From Candidatus Eiseniibacteriota bacterium (GTDB lineage Bacteria > Eisenbacteria > RBG-16-71-46): a DNA stretch of 64,000 bases. The notes below the pieces were generated by a model. The model saw only the letters and a list, made by a program, of their open reading frames with translations. It was not told the DNA's origin and searched no databases. A program made the translations under genes and the position numbers. The stretch spans positions 128,001-192,000 of the forward strand of contig JBGAML010000003.1 in the NCBI GenBank assembly GCA_044223005.1. The letters run 5' to 3'. Within the stretch, counting starts at the first letter, position 1. Every line of letters begins with the position of its first letter. Positions 24,431 through 32,237 of the stretch are shown piece by piece.

Positions 24431-25155
24431 GCACCGCCGATTTCGCGATCGCCTACGACGTGCCGACGCTGGAGGAGGCGCTGGCGCTCGACGCGCGCCT
24501 GGGCCAGGGGCCGGAGTACGCCAAGCTGGGTCTGGAACTGTTCGCGGCCGAGGGGCCGGCGGCGGTGCGCGCGCTGCGCGAACGGGGCCGGCGCGTGTTC
24601 CTGGACCTGAAGCTGCACGACATCCCGAACACGGTGCGCGGCGCGGCGGCGGCGGCGGCTCGCCTGGGCGCGGACCTGCTCACGGTGCACGCGACGGGGG
24701 GTGGCGAGATGCTGCGCGCGGCGGTCGACGGCATCTCCGCGGCGGGCGGCCGCACGCGCGTGGTGGCGGTGACGCTGCTCACGAGCCTGGACGCGGGGGC
24801 GATGCCGCCGGGCTTCGCGCAGCCGTTCGACCTGCCGGCGACGGCGGTGGAACTGACGCGGCTGGCGCTCGACGCGGGCGTGGCGGGCGTGGTCTGCGCG
24901 GTGCCGGAGTTGCGGGCGCTCCGCTCGACGATCGGGCGGCCGTTCGTGGCGGTGACGCCGGGGATCCGGATGAGCGGGGGCGAGACGCACGACCAGAAGC
25001 GCGTGGCGACGATCGCCGAAGCGGTGAGCTCGGGGGCGTCGCTGCTGGTCTTGGGGCGCGCGGTCACGGCGGCGCACGATGTTCGCGAGGCGTTGGCGGC
25101 GGCGCGCCGGGAACGCGACGAGGCGAGTTCTAAGCGGGACGACGAGGCGAGCTGA
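24427..25155 (+). CDS. pyrF: Orotidine-5'-phosphate decarboxylase
   Basis: FLDLKLHDIPNTV, TVHA.GG, VTLLTS, TPGIR, DQKR, GRA.T. Confidence 0.96.
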   Translation: MSTADFAIAYDVPTLEEALALDARLGQGPEYAKLGLELFAAEGPAAVRALRERGRRVFLDLKLHDIPNTVRGAAAAAARLGADLLTVHATGGGEMLRAAVDGISAAGGRTRVVAVTLLTSLDAGAMPPGFAQPFDLPATAVELTRLALDAGVAGVVCAVPELRALRSTIGRPFVAVTPGIRMSGGETHDQKRVATIAEAVSSGASLLVLGRAVTAAHDVREALAAARRERDEASSKRDDEAS

Positions 25156-25211
25156 GCTTTCGCTCGTGGCGATCGTCCACACACTGCTCCGTGACGTCAA
25201 CCCGCCCCACC

Positions 25212-25373
25212 GCGTGAGGATCGGGGGGCTCGCTGGAGGGACCGCTCCTCGCACGGCATCCTGCCGTGCTCGTCTCTAGGCGTCCGCATGCGACCGGACC
25301 CGCTGCGCGGGTACCCCCCTGGCTCCTTCGCATGCTCCCGACTTCCCTCCATCGAGCCCCCCGATCCTCACGC
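25212..25373. ncRNA. Candidate structured RNA/ssDNA motif, copy A
   Basis: Closing stem of 21 bp + mismatch + 8 bp encloses two hairpin arms; covaries with copy B. Confidence 0.45.
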
Positions 25374-25505
25374 TTTCCGCCCCGCCCCAGGGGGCGAAAC
25401 GGCGCACCCACGTCCCCGAATCGGATGCGCGTTGGATGAGTGTCGATCGACGTCTCGGATGCCTGGGGTGTGGGGAATCCCAAGCTTCTTCGTGGGTGGC
25501 GGGGA

Positions 25506-25653
25506 GGCGAGAGGTGCCGGGGGTCCGATGGAGGGAAGTCGGGAGCGCGCGAAGGAGCCAGGGATGGCGGTCGCGCGCGGACGCCTAGTGACGAGTCCGG
25601 CAGGATGCCGGACGAGGAGCGGTCCCTCCAGCGGACCCCCGGCACCTCTCGCC
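25506..25653. ncRNA. Candidate structured RNA/ssDNA motif, copy B (inverted)
   Basis: Closing stem of 22 bp + mismatch + 8 bp with the same junction sequences as copy A. Loops read CAGGATG and CAGGGATG on the + strand. Confidence 0.45.
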
Positions 25654-25767
25654 GGGCGGGGCGGACCAACGCCGTAGCCCTCGGTGGGGCGGGATGACGT
25701 CGCGGAACAGGGTGTAGACGCTCGCGACAAGCGAGCGCCCCACGGAGAGCGAACCGGCTCGCCGCCG

Positions 25768-26667
25768 CTAGCGCAGGAAGAGCACGACGACGCCTGCGAC
25801 GGCGATCAGGGCTCCGGCGACGGCTCTCAGGGTGAGGGGTTCGCCGTGGAAGCGGGAGGCGATCAGCATCGTGAAGATGGGGTAGATCGCGGTGATCGAG
25901 GAGGCGATGCCGGCGTCGATGTACTTGAGGGCGGCCAGCGAGAGCGTCACGCCCATGAACGGGCCGCAGAAGGCGCCGCCCACCATGAACGCGGCGGCGC
26001 GGCGGTCCTTCAGTGCGCCGAGTGTCTCGGGCACCGCGCGCTCGATCGCGGCGAGCAGCCAGATCGCGACCATCGCGCTGCTCACGCGGATCACGGTCGC
26101 CGAGAGCGGATCGAGTCCGGTGCGCAGCGCCGTCTTGGAGAGCACGTAGCCGCCCGCCTGGCCCAGCGCGGCGAGCACGCCCGCGAGGATTCCCATCGCC
26201 ACCGAGCCCTCGGCGTGCTTCGTCGCGCCCGCGGCCTGCCGGCCGCTCACGACCCACGCGACGCCGCCCACCGTGAGCGCGACGCCCAGCAGCGCGAGCG
26301 GGCCGGGGTGCTCGTGCAGCGCGGGCCAGGCGATCAGCACGGTGAAGAGGGGCGCGAGCGACGCGATCAGCGCCGCGCGGCCGGGGCCGAGGATCACGAG
26401 CGAGCGGAAGTACCACGTGTCGCCGAACACGAACCCGATCAGGCCGGAGAGCGCGAGCAGGCCCACCTGCAGCGAGGTCGCCCAGACCGGCCACGGCGAA
26501 CCGTGCAGCACGAGGAGCGCCGACGACAGGAACACGCAGGCCGTGGTGATGCGCAGGCGGTTCAGCACCCGCGAGCCCATGCGGCGGCCGGCGGCGGCGA
26601 AGAAGTTCGAGCCCACCGACCAGAAGAGCGCCGTTCCCAGCGCGGCCACCTCACCCGCGAATCGCAT
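25768..26667 (-). CDS. DMT/EamA family transporter
   Basis: GE.AALGTA.FW, SGLIGFVFGD..YF, GPFMGV.LSL.A, about 10 TM segments. Confidence 0.9.
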   Translation of the reverse strand: MRFAGEVAALGTALFWSVGSNFFAAAGRRMGSRVLNRLRITTACVFLSSALLVLHGSPWPVWATSLQVGLLALSGLIGFVFGDTWYFRSLVILGPGRAALIASLAPLFTVLIAWPALHEHPGPLALLGVALTVGGVAWVVSGRQAAGATKHAEGSVAMGILAGVLAALGQAGGYVLSKTALRTGLDPLSATVIRVSSAMVAIWLLAAIERAVPETLGALKDRRAAAFMVGGAFCGPFMGVTLSLAALKYIDAGIASSITAIYPIFTMLIASRFHGEPLTLRAVAGALIAVAGVVVLFLR

Positions 26668-26800
26668 CACGCCACTATGCACGGTCGGGGAGCGAGGCGG
26701 AAGTCGGCGCCGGGCATCGGGTTCCGGGCGCGGCCCGGGCGCCGCCCAGCGCCGGCCGGGCGCTTGACGCCATCCGGCGCGGCCCCGAGAGTGGCGCGGA

Positions 26801-27391
26801 ATGAAGCGCGACGCCGAGCGTATCTCACCTGCCGGGCCGACGGACGATGCCCTGATCGCCTCCGCCCAGGGCGGGGATCAGGCCGCGTTCGCCGAAATCG
26901 TCCGGCGCTATCAGCGCGCGGTCGTCCGCGTCGCGTGGGCGCTCACGCGCAACGCGAGCGACGCCGACGACCTCGCGCAGGAGACGTTCGTGCGGGCGTG
27001 GGGCGCCATCGGCCGGTTCGAGAAGGGCCAGCCGCTCTATCCCTGGCTCGCGCGCATCGCGACCAACCAGGCGTTCTCGCTCTTTCGCACGCGCAAGCGC
27101 CGGCCCGAGACGCCGATCGAGCCCCTGCTGGAGGCCGGGCAGCAGTGGGGCGTGGAGGACGACCCGGCCGATCACGCGGCACGGAACGAGCATCACGCGA
27201 AGCTGCGGGCGTGCTTCGCGGAACTCGCGCCGGAGCACCAGGCGGTGCTCGCGCTGCGGGTGGTGCAGGACCTGTCGTACGACGAGATCGCGCACGCGCT
27301 CGGCATTCCGGCGGGCACGGTGATGTCGAGGCTGTCGCGGGCGCGCGCGGAGCTGAAGCAGCGCATGCAGGAAGGATCGGACCCGTCATGA
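26801..27391 (+). CDS. ECF sigma-70 factor (RpoE/SigW-like)
   Basis: GD..AF..IV.RY, DADDLAQETF, WL.RIA.N, LSYDEIA..LGIP.GTVMSRLSRAR. Confidence 0.95.
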   Translation: MKRDAERISPAGPTDDALIASAQGGDQAAFAEIVRRYQRAVVRVAWALTRNASDADDLAQETFVRAWGAIGRFEKGQPLYPWLARIATNQAFSLFRTRKRRPETPIEPLLEAGQQWGVEDDPADHAARNEHHAKLRACFAELAPEHQAVLALRVVQDLSYDEIAHALGIPAGTVMSRLSRARAELKQRMQEGSDPS

Positions 27392-29028
27392 GCGGTCACT
27401 GGAGCGACGAACGCCTCGGGGCGTTCCACGACGGCGCGCTGTCCGCGGCCGACGCGGCCGCGGCCGAGCGCCATCTCGCGGAGTGCGACGCGTGCCGCGC
27501 GCGCCTCGCGGAGATCGTCGCGCTCGACGACTCGCTCGGCGCGTCGCTCGAGTACGACCCGGGCGAGGCGTACTTCGCGTCGTTCGCCGACCGGGTGAGC
27601 GCGCGCATCGCCGCCGAGGCCGCGCCGGCCGCCGCGCCCGCCGCGGCGCCGGCTCCGAAGCGCGGGCCGTTCGCGTGGTGGAACTCGCCGCGTTCGCTCG
27701 CGTGGGCGGGCGGCGCGCTCGCGCTGGCCGCGGTTGCCGGGCTCGTCGTGACGCTCTCGCGCGATCACGGTCCGCGGGAGATGGCGAGCCAGGTCGCGCC
27801 GCCGAGCGAACTCGGCGCCGGTGCCGACGCCGCCGCGCCGCGGTCCGCCGCGCCCGCGCCCGAGGCGGCGAACGAAGCGCCCGCGCCGGAGGCGGAACCC
27901 GCGCCCCCCGCGGCCATGCTCGGCGCGATGAAGCAGGATCTCGCCGAGGGCGATGCGAAGCGCAAGGTCGCGACCCCGGCCGCGAGCGGTGCTCTCGCCG
28001 ACGAACGCCGCGCGGGCGCGGTAGCGCCCGCCGCGAAGGCCGCGCCCGCCGAAGCGGTCGACCGCCTCGCGCCGCCCGCGCCGGCGCCGGCACCCGCCGC
28101 CGCGAGCCTGCGCGAGCAGCGCACCGCGCCCAGCGGCGAGCCGCTGCCGCCCGCGCCGCGCGTGAAGGCGGAGGAGAAGCTCGTCGCGCCGCAGCGCCCG
28201 CCCGCGGTCAACGGATTCGCGCGCGCTCCCGCGGCGCCCGCGGTGCCGGCGCCGGTGCTGACCAAGTCGCTCGCCGGGAACGCCGCGCGCGCCGACGCGC
28301 CCGCGGCACGCGACGAGTCCGGGGCGCGGGCGAGCGCGGAGTCCGCGACGCCGGCGCAGCCGATGCGCCAGGCGGAGGAGGAATCCGCGAGCCTGCGGCT
28401 GTGTGGCACCGTGACCGACACCGAGGGCCGTCCGGTCGCGCACGCCGCGGTCACGGTCGCCGAAACGGGGGGCGGCACGGTCTCCGGCGCGGACGGCGCG
28501 TTCTGCCTCGACGTCGCCCGGGCGAACGCCACGCTCAGCGTGCTCGGCGTGGGCTTCCAGCCGTACCGTGCAAGCGTCGGGCTCGCGGACAACGGCCGGC
28601 CGGTCGCGGTGCGGCTCGTCCCCGTGAAGGCGCTCGAAGCGCCCGGCGCGCCGGGCGCGGGCAACTGGGGCGGCCTGCAGTCGTTCCGCCCGTCGCCGCC
28701 CGCACCCGGGGCGCGCGCCGCGACGCCCGTCGCCTCCCGCACGCTCGCGCTCGCGGCGAGCACGGCGGCCGCGCGGCTGCACACGCCCGCGGGGTGGGAC
28801 ACCGCGGCGCAGGCGTGGAGCGGCTGGCTCGCGGCGACGCCCACGGACGCCGGGCGGCTCGAGGCGCGCTTCAAGCTCGCCGAGGCCCGCGTGCAGGCGT
28901 GGCGGCTCGAGACCACGCCGGCGCGGCGCGCGACGGCGCAAGGTGCCGTGAACGCCTACCTGGACGCCGCGCCCGCCGGCGCGCTGCGCGATCTCGCGCT
29001 GCGCTGGCGCGCCGAACTCCAGCCCTGA
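27388..29028 (+). CDS. Zinc-finger (HxxxCxxC) anti-sigma factor with TM helix, Pro/Ala linker and carboxypeptidase-regulatory-like domain
   Basis: ATG overlaps the sigma stop. HLAECDAC, TM segment LAWAGGALALAAVAGLVV, G.V.D..G.PV..A.V....DG.F.L...L.V..VGF beta-sandwich. Confidence 0.85.
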   Translation: MSGHWSDERLGAFHDGALSAADAAAAERHLAECDACRARLAEIVALDDSLGASLEYDPGEAYFASFADRVSARIAAEAAPAAAPAAAPAPKRGPFAWWNSPRSLAWAGGALALAAVAGLVVTLSRDHGPREMASQVAPPSELGAGADAAAPRSAAPAPEAANEAPAPEAEPAPPAAMLGAMKQDLAEGDAKRKVATPAASGALADERRAGAVAPAAKAAPAEAVDRLAPPAPAPAPAAASLREQRTAPSGEPLPPAPRVKAEEKLVAPQRPPAVNGFARAPAAPAVPAPVLTKSLAGNAARADAPAARDESGARASAESATPAQPMRQAEEESASLRLCGTVTDTEGRPVAHAAVTVAETGGGTVSGADGAFCLDVARANATLSVLGVGFQPYRASVGLADNGRPVAVRLVPVKALEAPGAPGAGNWGGLQSFRPSPPAPGARAATPVASRTLALAASTAAARLHTPAGWDTAAQAWSGWLAATPTDAGRLEARFKLAEARVQAWRLETTPARRATAQGAVNAYLDAAPAGALRDLALRWRAELQP

Positions 29029-29153
29029 CGCGCGGCGGCCGCGCGCGATTCCCGCCCGCGTCCGCCACTTCGCGCTTGCGCCGGCCGCGCGCGGTCGGCC
29101 AACCTCGTGGGACGCTCCGGACTCGTACCCCCACCGACCCACGAGGACCCCAC

Positions 29154-31124
29154 GTGTCCACCCCACCGAATCTCCAGGGCGCTTCGCCCGAAGCCATCGA
29201 ACGCCACTGGTTCGAGAACGTCTACGCCGGGGACCGACAGAAGCAGCTGACCTTCCGGGCCATCGTGATGGGCATGGGGCTCGGGATGATCATGGTGTGC
29301 TCCAACGTGTACGTCGGCCTCAAGGCCGGCTGGAGCATGGGCGTCGCGATCACCTCGTGCGTGCTCGCGTTCGTGGCGTTCTCGACGCTGCACCGGCTGT
29401 TCCCGAAGTGGTTCTCCGAATACTCGATTCTCGAGAACAACTGCATGCAGTCGTGCGCTTCGGCCGCGGGCTCCATGACCAGCGGCGGGCTCGTGAACGC
29501 GATTCCCGCGCTCATGATGCTCAACGCGGCGGCCATCCCGGGCGACTTCAAGACGCGCTGCCTGTGGCTGATCCCGTGGGTCGCCGTGATCTCCGGACTC
29601 GGCGTCTTCCTGGCCGTGCCGGCGAAGCGCCAGATGATCAACATCGAGCAGTTGCCGTTCCCGACCGGCACCGCGGCGGCCGCCACGCTCCGCACGCTGC
29701 ACGCCGAGGGCGGCGAGGCCGCCAAGCAGGCGCGCGCGCTCGGAATCGCCGGCGCGCTCGGGCTCGTGATCACGTGGCTGCGCGACGCGGGCGAGCTGCC
29801 GTTCATGACCGTGACCAAGTTCGCGAACGCGCCCGACTGGGCGCTGGTCAAGGGTTGGTTCGCGCCCCGCGCGCTGCCGTGGCTCCGGCTGCCCGACCTC
29901 GAGACCACGTGGGGAACCGCGTGGATCAAGCTCGGCCGCTACAAGGACCAGCCGCTGGGCCTCAACCAGGTGACGATGTCGTTCGAGGGCTCGCTGCTCT
30001 TCATCGCCGCCGGCGCGATCATGGGCTTCCGGCAGGCGTGGAGCCTCATGCTGGGCGCGATCGTCAACTACTGCATCCTCGCGCCGCACTTCCTGCGCAC
30101 CGGCGTGATCGAGGCCGCGAGCTTCCGCAGGATCTCGTCGTGGAGCCTCTGGATCGGCGTGCCCATGATGGTGACGTCGGGCCTGCTGCTCTTCTTCATG
30201 AACTTCAAGTCGGTGATCCGTGCGTTCAGCACGATCACGGCGTTCCTGTCCAAGAAGAGCGGCGGCGACGATCCCATGGACCGCATCGAGGTCCCGGGCT
30301 CGTGGTTCATCACCGGCTTCCTGGTGCTCGGCACCGCCGCGGTGCTGCTCGCCCACGCGCTCTTCCACGTACAGTGGTGGATGGGCGCCATCGCGGTGTT
30401 CGCGACCTTCTTCCTCGTGGTCGTGGCCGCGCGTGCGGTCGGCGAGACGGACATCACGCCGGTCGGCCCGCTCTCCAAGATCACGCAGCTCACGTTCGGC
30501 GCGCTGGCCCCCGGCAACATCACGACCAATCTCATGACGGCCAACATCTCCGCGGGCGCCACGAGCCATGCGGGTGACCTGCTGACCGACTTGAAGAGCG
30601 GCTACCTGCTGGGCGCCAACCCGCGGCGCCAGTTCATCGCCCAGTTCTTCGGCGTGATGGCCGGTGCGCTGGTCGTCGTGCCCGTGTACTTCATCCTCGT
30701 GCCCTCGCCCGACATGCTCGGCACCGAGAAGTGGCCCGCGCCCGCGGCGCTGGTGTGGAAAGGCGTCGCCGAGCTGCTCAGCAAGGGTGTCGATTCGCTG
30801 CCGCCCTCGGCGCGCATCGGCCTCGTGGTGGGCGGCGCGCTCGGGATCGTGATTCCGCTGCTCGAGATGCGTTTCCCGAAGGCGAAGAAGTTCATCCCCT
30901 CGGCGACCGGCCTCGGGCTCGCGTTCACGATCAACGGCTACAACTCGATCTCGATGTTCCTCGGCGCCTGTCTCGCGCTCTACCTCTCCAAGCAGCACAA
31001 GACGTTCCACGAGAAGTACACGGTGGCGTGCTCGTCCGGGATCATCGCAGGCGAGAGCCTGATGGGTGTGGCCATCGCGCTCCTCAACGCGCTGCCGAAC
31101 CTGCTCGCGCTGATGAAGGGCTGA
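29154..31124 (+). CDS. OPT/YSL family oligopeptide transporter
   Basis: LTFRA, NVYVGLKAG, ILENN..Q..ASA, LPFPTG.A.A, DLKSGYLLGA.PR.Q, PAPAA..W, SGIIAGESL.G. Confidence 0.93.
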   Translation: MSTPPNLQGASPEAIERHWFENVYAGDRQKQLTFRAIVMGMGLGMIMVCSNVYVGLKAGWSMGVAITSCVLAFVAFSTLHRLFPKWFSEYSILENNCMQSCASAAGSMTSGGLVNAIPALMMLNAAAIPGDFKTRCLWLIPWVAVISGLGVFLAVPAKRQMINIEQLPFPTGTAAAATLRTLHAEGGEAAKQARALGIAGALGLVITWLRDAGELPFMTVTKFANAPDWALVKGWFAPRALPWLRLPDLETTWGTAWIKLGRYKDQPLGLNQVTMSFEGSLLFIAAGAIMGFRQAWSLMLGAIVNYCILAPHFLRTGVIEAASFRRISSWSLWIGVPMMVTSGLLLFFMNFKSVIRAFSTITAFLSKKSGGDDPMDRIEVPGSWFITGFLVLGTAAVLLAHALFHVQWWMGAIAVFATFFLVVVAARAVGETDITPVGPLSKITQLTFGALAPGNITTNLMTANISAGATSHAGDLLTDLKSGYLLGANPRRQFIAQFFGVMAGALVVVPVYFILVPSPDMLGTEKWPAPAALVWKGVAELLSKGVDSLPPSARIGLVVGGALGIVIPLLEMRFPKAKKFIPSATGLGLAFTINGYNSISMFLGACLALYLSKQHKTFHEKYTVACSSGIIAGESLMGVAIALLNALPNLLALMKG

Positions 31125-31257
31125 TGGCATCGCATTCCTGCGGCCCCGGCGCTCCCCGCGCCGGGGTCGCGTCCGTTCCCGGCACGGTTGCTTCCCCGCA
31201 GGGCAGCGCCTACGATGCCGCGGCCTCTCGTCCAACCTTTTCCAGTGAGGATCGCTC

Positions 31258-32211
31258 ATGCGTCGCGTCCTGATCACCGGCGTCACCGGATTCGCCGGCA
31301 GTCACCTGGTCGACTACCTGCTCGCGCAGGGCGGCTACGAGATCTACGGCATCCAGCGCTGGCGCAGCCGGACGGAGAACATCGAGCACTTCACCGACAA
31401 GATCACGTTGCTCGAGTGCGACCTGCGCGACGCCACGTCCACGCGCGACACGATCGAGCGGGTGAAGCCGGAGTGGATCTTCCACCTCGCCGCGCAGTCG
31501 TTCGTGCCGACTTCGTGGATCGCCCCGACCGAGTCGCTGACGACCAACGTCCTCGCGCAGGTCAACATCTTCGAGGCCGTGCGCCACATGGGCCTCAAGT
31601 GCCGGATCCAGCTCGCATGCTCGAGCGAGGAGTACGGCATGGTCTACCCGAGCGAAGTCCCCATCAAGGAGACCAACCCGCTGCGTCCGCTCTCGCCCTA
31701 CGCGGTGAGCAAGGTCGCGCAGGACATGCTCGGCTACCAGTACTGGATGAGCTTCAAGGTGGACTCGGTCCGCACGCGCGGCTTCAACCACGAAGGGCCG
31801 CGCCGCGGCCCGGTGTTCGTGGCCAGCGACTTCGCCAAGCAGATCGCCGACATCGAGAAGGGCCGCAAGGCGCCGGTGCTGCACGTGGGCAACCTCGAGG
31901 CGCAGCGCGACTTCACGGACGTCCGCGACATGGTCCGCGCCTACACGCTCGCGCTCGAGAAGTGCGAGCCGGGCGAGGTCTACAACATCTGCAGCGGCAA
32001 GGCGTGGACGATCCAGCAGGTGCTCGACTACCTGCTCGGCCTCACGAAGACGAAGATCGAGGTCAAGCAGGATCCCGCGCGGCTGCGTCCGAGCGACGTG
32101 CCGATCCTGCTCGGCGACAACAGCAAGTTCGTGAAGGCGACGGGCTGGCAGCCGACGATCCCGTTCGAGAAGACGCTGACCGACATGCTGGAGCACTGGC
32201 GCTCGCGCTGA
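31258..32211 (+). CDS. GDP-mannose 4,6-dehydratase-like SDR
   Basis: ITGVTGFAGSHL, HLAAQSFV..SW, SSEEYG, PLSPYAVSK, FNHEGPRRG..FV, GNL.A.RDF. Confidence 0.85.
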   Translation: MRRVLITGVTGFAGSHLVDYLLAQGGYEIYGIQRWRSRTENIEHFTDKITLLECDLRDATSTRDTIERVKPEWIFHLAAQSFVPTSWIAPTESLTTNVLAQVNIFEAVRHMGLKCRIQLACSSEEYGMVYPSEVPIKETNPLRPLSPYAVSKVAQDMLGYQYWMSFKVDSVRTRGFNHEGPRRGPVFVASDFAKQIADIEKGRKAPVLHVGNLEAQRDFTDVRDMVRAYTLALEKCEPGEVYNICSGKAWTIQQVLDYLLGLTKTKIEVKQDPARLRPSDVPILLGDNSKFVKATGWQPTIPFEKTLTDMLEHWRSR

Positions 32212-32237
32212 CGTCGGCACGGCCGCCGCGCGTCCGC

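Larger units (their letters stand above)
25160..25734. repeat. ~575 bp intergenic imperfect inverted-repeat element: 53-bp terminal IRs plus two inverted copies of a structured motif
   Basis: By hand alignment, 25160-25212 and the reverse complement of 25682-25734 match at 45/53. Motif copies are at 25212-25373 and 25506-25653 (inverted). Confidence 0.9.

Noticed and set aside
25172..25214. The two terminal IR arms translate to similar peptides (VHTLLRDVNPPHR and VYTLFRDVIPPHR)
   Set aside because: The similarity follows from the DNA repeat itself. There is no convincing SD/start, and non-synonymous changes are as frequent as synonymous ones.
25160..25734. CRISPR array or tRNA interpretation of the repeat region
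   Set aside because: Only two inverted copies, no repeat-spacer periodicity, no cas genes, and no tRNA T-loop or acceptor consensus.
25684..27387. Apparent 1114-aa ORF extending the anti-sigma upstream (and the 1213-aa ORF extending OPT)
   Set aside because: The upstream parts overlap the real DMT, sigma and anti-sigma genes. True starts are at 27388 and 29154.
27600..28380. GCC/CCG-rich quasi-repeats in the anti-sigma gene
   Set aside because: Low-complexity Pro/Ala linker coding, not a discrete DNA repeat.
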